This document shows positions 51,060 to 61,800 of a stretch of DNA of 64,000 nt, piece after piece. The notes under the pieces are model-generated. The model had not been told where the DNA came from, did not search any database, and was given only the letters and a program-made list of their open reading frames with translations. Where the stretch lies: assembly GCA_964658305.1 (NCBI GenBank), contig OZ210885.1, positions 15,376,001-15,440,000 of the forward strand, in the 5' to 3' direction. A program made the translations under genes and the position numbers. Positions within the stretch are counted from its first letter, which is position 1. Each line of letters starts with the position of its first letter. This DNA is from Leptogorgia sarmentosa (taxonomy: Eukaryota).

Positions 51060-52364
51060 ATGGCTATGAAACGCAGAAAACAGGATTGCAAAAAGAAAGA
51101 AGACTGGGCTGAATTTGAGCGAAGAGTGGGGCTCAAAAGAATCGAAGGGCAGGAGAAAAAGGCCCGAACTGGTAGTTTAAAAGTGCCGAGTGATATACTT
51201 GTTCAACAAATGTCATCAGTAGCTTCAGGTCACTTGAAGAAATACGAACCATTGGACACAAGAGACTTCGTCCCTTTCGAAGATTACGACGAATTAAGCA
51301 TTGATAATATAAAAGACGCTTGTGAACGCTTCTACAACGCGCCACAAAACACTTGTGACATCCTAGCATCTGACCGGGGCCCATCTTGTAATAAGTTTGA
51401 TCAAATAAAGGGTAAAAAAGTTTTCTTCATACGATTTCTACCGCCAGAAAATGAGGGCGAACGTACCGATAATATGCCGATGAAGGAAAATAGGCCAAAG
51501 CCAGCAGCTACAAAATCCTCTCCGGTAAAGTTCGTTTCGGTTTGTAGTCCACGTGCTCCAGCTACAGTCTTCCCAAAGTCTATATCCATTGGAGATTTGC
51601 TTAAAGCTGGAAAATTGATAAAGCCATCAAAAGTTCATACATTCAACTTAGAGCACTTTGACGTTCACAAATGTATGTGGATTAACGCCTCGTCTATAAA
51701 GCTTCACATTGATGATGAAAAATTCGCAAGTGGCGCTTTCCGAGATGCTTACAAAGCGAAGTGTCTCGATCCACCGGACCTGCGTGGTGAATGGGTGTTG
51801 AAACGGTACCAGAATACTTCGATAAACACGATCACAAATACATTGGAAATGTCTGTTGAAGATCACACCAGAAAGCAGGTACAAATGCACGCCGTTGCAA
51901 GAAACATCGCACAGCAGTTTGCTGCTAAAGTACCTCCAGAATTTAAGGATACTTTTACGTATGCCAAAGTTTTTTACTCCTCGTTAGACGGTCAGCCAGT
52001 GACTGTCGAAGAATACGTGCCCGGTGATTTTGTTAAGTACATAAATAATGATGGTCAATGCTTGGAAGCACCTGACGAAGAATACGAGGTCATGTTCAAG
52101 AAAGCAGAGTGTCTTGTACATTTCAGCCACGACTATTCAAATAAGAAAATGATGCTCTTGGATATACAAGGTTCCATGTTTAATTTGTACGATCCTGAAA
52201 TTGCTACCGCAGAGTTGAGTGATGTCTTGGACGATTCAGGAGAGTTCTATTTCTGTGCTGGCAACTTGTCACATCACAGTATCGATCATTTTTTTAGCGA
52301 ACATAATTGCAATCAGTTTTGCGTAATGTTGAATCTGGCATTAGAAATAGATTTGACGTCGTGA
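51060..52364 (+). CDS. Intronless alpha-kinase (eEF2K/TRPM-kinase family) cargo of IS3EU-D
   Basis: FASGAFRDAY, WVLKRY, QVQMH..A..F, VEEYVPGDFVKYINNDG, LVHFS, LLDIQG, LYDPEI, GNL and the zinc-binding HNCNQFC. First ATG at 51060; no stops. Confidence 0.92.
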   Translation: MAMKRRKQDCKKKEDWAEFERRVGLKRIEGQEKKARTGSLKVPSDILVQQMSSVASGHLKKYEPLDTRDFVPFEDYDELSIDNIKDACERFYNAPQNTCDILASDRGPSCNKFDQIKGKKVFFIRFLPPENEGERTDNMPMKENRPKPAATKSSPVKFVSVCSPRAPATVFPKSISIGDLLKAGKLIKPSKVHTFNLEHFDVHKCMWINASSIKLHIDDEKFASGAFRDAYKAKCLDPPDLRGEWVLKRYQNTSINTITNTLEMSVEDHTRKQVQMHAVARNIAQQFAAKVPPEFKDTFTYAKVFYSSLDGQPVTVEEYVPGDFVKYINNDGQCLEAPDEEYEVMFKKAECLVHFSHDYSNKKMMLLDIQGSMFNLYDPEIATAELSDVLDDSGEFYFCAGNLSHHSIDHFFSEHNCNQFCVMLNLALEIDLTS

Positions 52365-53052
52365 AAGTGGTACATTTCATCACTACAATTTTAGTTGAGT
52401 TCCATAAATTGCAAGTAGCCACTAGCCAAGCTTAGTGGCTAGTATCACGTATGTAAAATTTTATTTACAGCATATTTCGGAGAAAACCGACAATGCCGAT
52501 GTGTTACAAAGAGCGTAGGTGCGAATTAATGACGCTGATTATATATTATATAGTTGTTGACATTGTTTTCGAGTGATCGTGGAAATAGTACGAAAAGGCA
52601 ACATTCTCAAAACAGCTAAATATACTTGAAAACAATGTATCTGATTTTATATCGGTTTTAATATACTTCGGACAGATGGTGTAGACGACACCTTGGACTT
52701 GGTAGAAAGATTGCTTGATAGTATAGGTAATATAACATTTAAGTAACCCAGTTTGATATTTTATTAATAATTAACTTTATACTCGACATATGTTTGTCAA
52801 TAATACAACATGCATATACAGCTACCGTAATTCAATTACGTAAAGGTTATTAATTGCTCGGCGTTGAATATTAAAGCCGGGTTCAAGTTGAAACTACAAA
52901 AACCTGGAACATAAGTTTGGGAGTCTTTTTCAAACTTGAAGTACTTGGACTTTGAATTTTAAGCATTGGCCAGCCCATGACTAACTGCATATACAACACA
53001 TAGTACAACTTTACACCTGTATTAGATGTAAATTGAAATATTAAACTTTTGG

Positions 53053-54279
53053 TTAATAAGAATTGCTGTTATTATAGACAGTTTGTTTCAGAAACAGATA
53101 AGCGTCTTTTGCACTACTTGAATCAACCTTAGATGGTTCAGGTAAACACTGTTCACATGCATGTTTTATTCTTTCGTCATGCATGTAAGTTTCTGGATTC
53201 TCTTCAAGTAAGCCTGAAGCCTCTGCCACTTCTTCTAACGCATCTTGTGTGACAGGAATACCACAATGATTCCCTCCGTAATTCTCAGGGAAGGAAAACA
53301 TGTGATTTGGCACTCCTGTGGGAAGCGACAGGTCGTCCTGGTGACGGATTCTGTGGGAATTCCAGTTGCTTACAAAAATATCACATTCACGTTGAATAAT
53401 GGGAATGTAAACATATGCCAATAACTGCCTGTTCAACATGTCGTGTGGGTCGTACTGTCTATCTCGTAGCAGTTGTGCTAACTGTATTTTAAAATATTTT
53501 TCCAATCTCTCGTGCAGATCACGCCACCATCGTTCAATTTTGTTGCTTGTTGAAGGGCCATATATAATAGCTTGTATTGGGTTTTCGATAACGTCATACT
53601 TGTTTACAAGGTAGACGTGTAGAGTTGCCATTTTCCCGGTTTCCGTGCCCTTGTCAATTCTAAGATATAGTGGCATCATTTTTTCCTGATACAAGTACTC
53701 GAGGTACTTTTTCCCAACTATGCGCGGATCAGAGTTTGAGTAACACACAAAGTGAAACAAAATCTTTCTGGAAAAGGTATCCAAACAACCGTAAATACAT
53801 ATGGGGAAAGTTGAGTTTTGATACCCACAGAGTTTATCGTGTCCATCCAGCGATACAACCCATAAAGGACCATTGGAAATAAACGCCACTTTCGTTTTTT
53901 TTTCTTCCTTTTGTAAGCTCCTCGCTTCCAACCCGTCAGGATCTAATTCGGCAAGAACATGGTGCACCAAATGCCTGGGTACTTTAGCATTATGTACTGT
54001 TCTAAGCTTTTGGTTCAACGCTCTGTAACCCAGAAGTTTGCCTGGACCATTTAGTTCCTGACTAACAACAGCAGAAACAGCCTCAACCGATGTAGCATAA
54101 TCAATGTATCTTATTTCAAAATGTCGAAGTCTCCTGTCAAGTGTAGCAATACTCCATGCGTATTCAGGAAAATCCCGTTTAACAAAATCTAATATTTCTG
54201 ACCTCTTTAGATTCTCCCTAACATACTGGTCAAGATCTTTCTTTAATTTTCCATCATCTTTCCAGCTATTATTCGCCAT
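53053..54279 (-). CDS. Intact IS3EU DDE transposase of element D
   Basis: Clr5-like WSIATLDRRL, GPGKLLGYR, VSLDGHDKL, RIDKGTET, NKIERWW and WNSHRIR. Confidence 0.92.
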   Translation of the reverse strand: MANNSWKDDGKLKKDLDQYVRENLKRSEILDFVKRDFPEYAWSIATLDRRLRHFEIRYIDYATSVEAVSAVVSQELNGPGKLLGYRALNQKLRTVHNAKVPRHLVHHVLAELDPDGLEARSLQKEEKKTKVAFISNGPLWVVSLDGHDKLCGYQNSTFPICIYGCLDTFSRKILFHFVCYSNSDPRIVGKKYLEYLYQEKMMPLYLRIDKGTETGKMATLHVYLVNKYDVIENPIQAIIYGPSTSNKIERWWRDLHERLEKYFKIQLAQLLRDRQYDPHDMLNRQLLAYVYIPIIQRECDIFVSNWNSHRIRHQDDLSLPTGVPNHMFSFPENYGGNHCGIPVTQDALEEVAEASGLLEENPETYMHDERIKHACEQCLPEPSKVDSSSAKDAYLFLKQTVYNNSNSY

Positions 54280-55821
54280 TGTCACAGAAGAGATACTGTA
54301 CTATAAATACGCTTTTACTGTTTTGTTTACCAGCACATGGGTGAGGTTTCCCGACAATTGAAAAGCCTGTCGCACATGTCAAAGAAAAAAAAAGAAAACG
54401 CTTAATAGAGACAATTCAAATGAACTATACCGTATTTATTTATTATGGATGCAATATTTATGTATTCTACAGGGTGAAATACAACTAAATTAGCATTTTA
54501 AAACCAAAATATAAAAGCGTTTGAAATTAAATTGATATTTAAAACATAAGATTGAAATGTAAAATAATATAAACTGCCGAAAAATTCGATGATAGCGCTG
54601 GGCCACCATACACGACGATTGTAATGATATTTGAACCACTGTCTAGTAATGTTTCGTTGCAAAGTTATAAGCAAAAATGTAATATAATACATAGGAAAAG
54701 AGCATTTATGGCGCATGCGCATTCATGGCCATGTTTGTCAAGACGTTTCACCATGATGCACGCATTGTTTCTTGACTATATATATTGTAAACATACTCAC
54801 CGTCATCATATAAACATGACCTACATGTTTGATGTCTCATATGTTGGGCGTGGTCTCGGTTCACCAATGTAAACATCATGGTGTGTGACCACGCCCCGTT
54901 TGGAGTACATAATTTCTGTTTTCGTACATTCTGTTAATCTGTATCTGGGCATCGAGAAACAGTTCATTGGGTGTCTGTAGCTCCGAAAACCACAGAGATA
55001 TTACATGGTAAAATAGGTCAAATTACCATTTATGACCATGTTCAACATCACATAGCCACCTTAATATAATTTTATAAGTTGCCGCAACAACCCAGAATCC
55101 GTCTCTAGTACATGTACTTTAATGTGTCAAAGAATGAATAGCATACATAGAAACCTACAGGAGATATGGGATGAAAACTTGGGAAAAAAATACCAGCATG
55201 CACCGTTAAAATTTTACCAACTCTGCTGCATTAATTTCTCAAACTTTTCATCCAATATCTCTTTCAGATTTCCATCTATGCTTTTCATTCTTTGACACAT
55301 TAAAGTACGTGTACTAAAGATGGATGAAATTATATTAAGGTGGCTATGTGACGTTGAATATGGTCATAAATTTATTTTGCACCATGTTGTGGCGAATTTT
55401 TGACCATGATAGACTTATTTTCTCTTGAGCATATATATTGTAGGAATGTTCCACAGTATCACATGAACAAGTCCAATATGTTGGGTGTCTCACATAATTG
55501 GGCGTGGTCGGGAGTCAACCATGTAAACATTATGGTGTGTGGCCACGTAATTAAATATAATTAAATCCACAATAAGCTGCCTTTTAAATTCTTTCACATG
55601 GAGAACAGATACAGGTAGTTGCTTACATGGATGATTTATTGATAGTAATTTGCATTATGGTGAATATTTGAATTCCAATACTTGAATTCAACACCCAAAT
55701 TTGCACGAGCAGAAGAAAACATCTCATTTTGTATCACAACACTTGCAAGGCTTAATTGTATGTGAGTTGAAAATCATATATGAACAAGGCCATTTCAACT
55801 ACTGATTAACTGTGATTGTAG

Positions 55822-58800
55822 ATCAAGGACATTTATAGACTGCTTGTTGGTGAAACCTTTGGGGAATATCGGTATCATAGTTACCTGCTGGATACATTTG
55901 GAGGGAAAAATGAAGAGTTAAATTGTGACATGCAGTGCCCTGCATGCCCAAAGGTAGTGAAATGCAAGATATTTAAGATACTGTAGTACTAATACAATGT
56001 AAAATGTTCACATTATGTCATATATGTGACTCTGCAATGCAATCCTGTATGCAATGTGTAACCGTACATCCTGTGCCCAAGTTCAGGAGTTACCATAAAG
56101 CCAATGTGGTCATTGTGGTTACAACCGGGAGGGCTGTTATCCAGACCCGACTAAAAACTCTTTTTATACATTTAATAGAAACGTAAAATAACTTTAAAAC
56201 ATAAAATAACCCAAAAAGCAATGCTAGAATGGTTTAACTTACGATAGCCGAACGTTCGGTAAGAGACCTCGTGTTCTTTTCCCTTAACCCTGTTGCCTAG
56301 CAACCTATCTTCCCCCACAGCTGCCCCAGAACATATTATTTACAATAAAACCCAAATATGAACGTTCTCTTCATAACATCCCCCCTCCCCGCACTACGCA
56401 GAGTGCGCATTTTAGTCTAATTTTTGAAACAGTTCCGTTCTAGAGTTATTTCTCCTTGCAGTTCTCCTGAAACAGCGGTACTAACTTGTGAATAGGTCGA
56501 ACTAATGTTCTCGCGCCACACTGGACCTTCGCCACCCGTGTGTGGCCGTCTTTACCTGGATACGTTTCAATGATTCGCCCTAATGGCCAACGTCCTCTGG
56601 AGGTTACTTTCCAACACAAGCACAACATCGTCCTTTTTCATGTCGTTAACTATCTCTGTCCACTTTGGCCGTTTGTTCAGCATGGGAAGGTATTCTTTTA
56701 ACCATCTAGACCACACCTGATTGACTAATTGCTGTACTCTCCGCCAACGATTTCTCAGGTTAAAACTGGTGTAGTCCACCGATTCGGGAGCCACTTCCCC
56801 ACCTATTTGTCCATGTAGGAAATGATTTGGCGTTAAGGGCGTAGCATCTTTCGGATCTGATGTTTGATACGTTAAGGGGCGATTTAATACGTTAACTCCC
56901 GTTTCCTAGGACTGCATAAATGGCACGTTTAGCAAAACGTGTACTTAACCATCGCTTCGTGGGGCCCCGCTGGGGGGTTGAAATGCCACTTAACTTTGTT
57001 GAACAGGTGGGTTGTCCTGTGCTGAATACGATCTGGTTCTAACTTGCTCACCAACTCACTCAATTCATTCACCACACCAACGCCGCGCCGACTGGTAAAG
57101 CAGGTGAAAGCATTCAAAAAACTCTCGGTGTCCAGTGCCCAGGCCATTTCCAAGTGGATTGCTCTCGTCGCGAGGCACGTAAATAAACACAACCATCGTT
57201 TTTGTCGTTGCCTTTCCCGTCCTTGGATGGTGATAAAGGGCCCGGCGTAATCTACCGCTGTTTGGTCGAATGGTTGAAAGGTGAATCTGAGGCGGACCTT
57301 AGGAAGTGGGGCCATTATTTGGGTCGCGACCTTCGTCTTTCTCTTTTTGCACTCATTACATTCATTCTCTTAACTTCGAATCTCCTCACGTGCAGCGATT
57401 ATCCAGAATCTTTGTGCCAGTTGGGCCAGAATAAAATTTACACCTCCCATGTGGTTTGCCCTCTCGTGGTAGTGTTTAACAATAAGCTTTGTTACGTGGT
57501 GACCGCGTGGTAGGATGATGGGGTGTTTAACATCATGTGGGAGGGAGTCTGCATATTGTAATCGTCCTTCCATACGAATGATACCATTGTCGTCAATCCG
57601 AGGAGATAACTTTATCAAAGGACTTTTGGGCGAGATAGCTTTGTTGCTCGTCAATGCTCGATACTCTTCGGGAAAGGCTTCTTTTTGTACTTCGCGAATG
57701 ATATCTTCTTCTGCGTCTTGGATTTCTTCTGGGTACAATGCATTCCCTGGTACAGCATTTTCCCTCTTGCGCATGTTGCATACAACTCAGACGACTCGAG
57801 CACGAATACAAACTAGGCGCATCCAAGAGGAGTAACGAGACGGACTTAACCTCCACTCGGCTGGTTTCGCTTTCTTTGATGGACTAGGTGGAAGCGTGGT
57901 GGGGTGACTTCCTAGGACGGTAAAATTCTTGATTTCTTTCATTCCACGTGGCGGATTACCATCCATTTTTGGCCAATCGTCTTCGTCCCACAATAGCCAA
58001 TCGGGGCCATTCCACCACAGCGAATTATCTATGATGTCCTCCACGTTAATACCCCGGGATACAAGATCTGCCGGATTTTGCTCCGTCGACACATGTTGCC
58101 ATTGTTGAGGGTCGCTGTACATCTGTATTTCACCGACTCTGTTCGCCACAAACGCGCGAAAATCCTTTCCCTTTCCACGTATCCACCAAAGGACATCTAA
58201 ACTGTCCGAATAAAACGTTACAGTGCTCATAGGGATCTCCAACACTCGAATTATAACTTGCGTTAGCCTTAGTCCCGTAACTGCGGCCATTAACTCTAGA
58301 CGGGGGACCGTGACAGGTACTAAAGGTGCGACTTTGCTCTTTGAGGCCAACAGACGACATGTCGGGGGATGTGGTTGCTCATACTCGAAACGTGCGTACA
58401 CTGCAGCGCCGAACGCACTCGTGGAAGCGTCAACGAATGTAATCAACTTAAACAATGTGATCCTCCCCGGAAGCCGGATACAACGGGGAATTGTAACTCG
58501 GACCAATGCAGATAATTGATCAAACCAAGACATGATTTCATTTGCTAAGTCATCTAGAATTTCATCGTCCCAATCATAACCGCGCGTCCACAACGTTTGC
58601 AGCAACATCTTTCCTTTGATGACCGCTGGCGAGATAAGACCAAGGGGATCAAAAATATTAGCTATTTTTTTCAGAACGCTTCGTTTCGTTACCGACAGGG
58701 TTACTGAAATCGATGGTGCTGGAATGGAAAGGGCGTCCTCTTCACTGAACCAGGATAGGCCTAACGTTTTTGACACTGGTTGGTCTGCCTCTCGAATCAC

Positions 58801-61800
58801 CAACTCTGATGCGCGATGTTCCTCCGGTATAGCTGCGAGAACGTGCTTTGAGTTTGAGATCCATTTCCTTGCTTCCATACCCGCTTTTGCCCATAATTCC
58901 TGCAATTCTGTTTGAAGTGTTTTCGCCGTAGCCTCGTCCTCGACGCTGTCTATGGAGTCATCCATATATGTCGACTTCAGAACCGTTTCCGCTGCGAGTG
59001 GATAGCTTTCTTTAAACCGTCGAGCATTTTCCTGCGCCACATACTGCGCTTCCATGGGTGCTGAGTTCTTTCCGAAAACTACTCGCGTAAATTCGTATTC
59101 GTCAGGTTCTCGATTGGTCTCTTGTCTCGCCATAAAATTCGAAAATAAGGGCGATCTTTTTCTTCGATCTCGATTCGCAAATACATCTCTTTAATGTCGC
59201 ACGCTAGACCAATTGGATTTCGCCGAAACCGTACGAGCACGTCGAATAGTTCCGTTTGAACTTTTGGGCCTGCATGAATGACATCGTTCAGCGCCACGCC
59301 TTTATACTTCGCCGAACAGTCGAATACTATACGTACTTTTGTCGTCGACTTGTCCAGCTTCACGATCGGAAAATGAGGTCAATACCATGAGGACGGCGGC
59401 GATCTTTCTTCCGGTGACAACTTTTGCAAGTAACCTTTTTCAACGTACGATTTTATTGTCTCTTCGTATTGCTTCTTAACGAAGACGTCCTTCGTTTTCA
59501 AACTTCTTTCCGTACTCTCCAACCGGTTTTTCGCTAGTTCTCGGTTGTTAGGAAGCCCCGGATTATCTTCTTTCCATGGGACCGCTAATGAATACCGACT
59601 TCCGTTGTGCGTTAACGACGACTCGACTTTTTGTAGCGCGCTCCTCTCGTCTGTGGTCATAACTTCGGCTCGTTTTGTTTCCATCCCATAGGCTTCGATC
59701 TCCCAAAACTTTCTCAATGTGTTGTTAACATCGCAACAACCAACGTTTGCGTTCTCGATATGTGCGTCTCTGGCCAGAAAGGAATGCGTGGTAAGGTGCG
59801 ATAGTTTTTCGAGCTGTCTTCCTGTTGGCCCAATGCAGGTCCATCCTAGAGGTCCTAGTCGAGCGATTGGGCTACCTGGTGGACCAAGGACGTCAGCTTT
59901 CGAATAGTGTAGATCAGCGTTATCCACCCCAATCAGCAAGTCCACTAGTCCATTTTTCGCTGGCTTTGGGAACTCACATTGTGCAAGATGAGGCCATTGC
60001 TTTTTTGTTTTTTCCCAGTCTTCAACTTTATATGTTCCAGTCACCTGATGGGGGCACGTGTTCACCTCGATAACTTTGCCAAAGCCGCCACTCACGCTTT
60101 CAATTTCAATTGTTACCGGCATAGACTGGAAAGTCTCGATAGAATTGTTCAACACATGAACTTGCACAGTCTGAAATCTTTCCTGCAGTCCCAGAAAGTT
60201 AGCCACGTTTTCGTTTACGAATGTTTCGTTCGAGGCGTCATCTAGTATTGCGTTTACCTTGATCTTCTTTCCGTTGCTCTTCAGCCACACAGGAACTGTC
60301 CGTAATGAGCACTGCTCACCCGACGATGCTGGGTTTTGGGTCATCATTGCCACGTTTCTGGGTGGAAGTGCCCCCTCCCGTGAAGGGTCCTGGGGAATAG
60401 GTGATTCCGTTGACGGTGGGATCATGGGTTGCCGGTGTAACAATCGGTGGTGATTAAGACGACATCCATCTAGGTTGCATGGTTGAGATCGTTGACAATC
60501 TTTTCCCCGATGGTCCTTGCTTAAACAGCGGAAACACAATTTTTTTTCCTTTGCGACTTTCCATCGTTCTTCAACCGATTTCTGCTCGAACTGCCGACAC
60601 GACCAAATACCATGGTGCGGCCCATTACAGAAGGCGCAAGGGGGTTTAACTTTAGGGGGCTGATCTTTTGGAGGCTGGCGTTCGTTGGCTGCTAAGTTGC
60701 CTCCGTTGCCTGAGGCCATGAAATACGAGTTCTGCATGTTCCTCCCTCCACCTTTGACGAAACGCGGCTTTCGATTATGTCTGTCCTGTCCTTCCGGATC
60801 TATACCATGGGCCATTTCAATCGCTTCGACTCTGACCGAGACTTCTTCTTTTAGCCAGTCTCTAAGACTTAAAACCGATCTTTCTTTACCATGTTCGTTC
60901 ATCCATCGTGTATACGTCTCTAACTGGTATCCTGTCAACTTTTTAACCAACAAACTGTACAAAGTTCCATCGCTAAGCTCTCCTACCTTTCCCTCTGCCT
61001 GCAGTTTGACAACTGTCACTCGTACTAGGTCAGTGAACCTTTCAAAACCTCGAACATCAGCCGCCTGCAAAGGTGGCAACCTTTCCAAGTCATCAAGGTA
61101 AGCACGAAGTTGTCGTCGCTGACCTCCAAATTTTGCTTTTAAAATCTCCTTGGCTTCCTCATACTCGGGGCCCGATACCCCAAGTCCACGGATTGAGTCC
61201 AGAGCTACTCCGGTTAAACTTTGACGCAGCCGTGCCATCTTTAGACTGGTTGGTTCATTCAACATGTCCACAAGGCTTTCAAACAGTCCCCAAAATTCTT
61301 CGAACCTTTTCTTATCTCCGTCAAAGTTTGGTACCTTTAATGGCTTCAGATTAATAGCTGTTCCATTGCTGTTATTGCTGATGACCGAATTATGCTGTGT
61401 CAAATGGGATCCATCATGTTCTGCAACTGTCTGCTGCTCTGCTTTATCATTAACAACAGCAGTGTCAGCCACTGCTTGCGATTCCGGTGTTATAACTTCA
61501 CCTGCTATGCTAGGATTAATGTCACTCTCAACGTTGTTTGTCGAACTTCCTTGAACGGGCACTTCAGTTTCTACGTGATTGGTCATGTTGACTTGATCTT
61601 CCGACGGGCTCGCCGCAACAAATTTAAGGATTACCGACTGTGCCTTTTCAATAACTTTTTGGCATTCTTCTTCCAATTCCTTCGACTCTTGCATTATAAG
61701 CTTTTGATTCTCATTATCTTCAAGTTCTGCGAAATATGATGCCAGTTCGTCCATGATGGTTTGGGTTTCTTCTAATACACCCCATAGTGTGTCCATACGA

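Larger units (their letters stand above)
50635..54610. mobile_element. IS3EU-type DNA transposon D (alpha-kinase + transposase), 3976 bp
   Basis: Ends TATGGTGGCCCAGCGC...GCGCTGGGCCACCATA. TSD CACGAC (50629-50634, 54611-54616). Near-identical 255-bp TIRs at 50635-50889 and 54356-54610. Confidence 0.96.
41850..55550. repeat. Long non-coding interspersed repeat (possibly Helentron-derived) split by IS3EU-C and IS3EU-D
   Basis: Segments 41850-42319, 48293-50634 and 54617-55550 contain recurring AATATGGCCGCC, GGGCGTGGTC and AAACTTGG-like motifs. Internal duplication of about 0.7-0.85 kb (about 49600-50330 versus 50470-50634 + 54617-55170). Limits uncertain. Confidence 0.45.

Noticed and set aside
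51060..52364. Host EEF2K/TRPM6/TRPM7/ALPK gene
   Set aside because: Intronless, lacks channel, Sel1 and Ig domains, and is enclosed by TIRs and a TSD. No gene symbol assigned.
6299..54279. Bacterial IS3/IS481 insertion sequences or contamination
   Set aside because: The cargo genes have spliceosomal introns and eukaryotic domains, the TIRs are hundreds of bp long, and the elements are nested among eukaryotic TEs.
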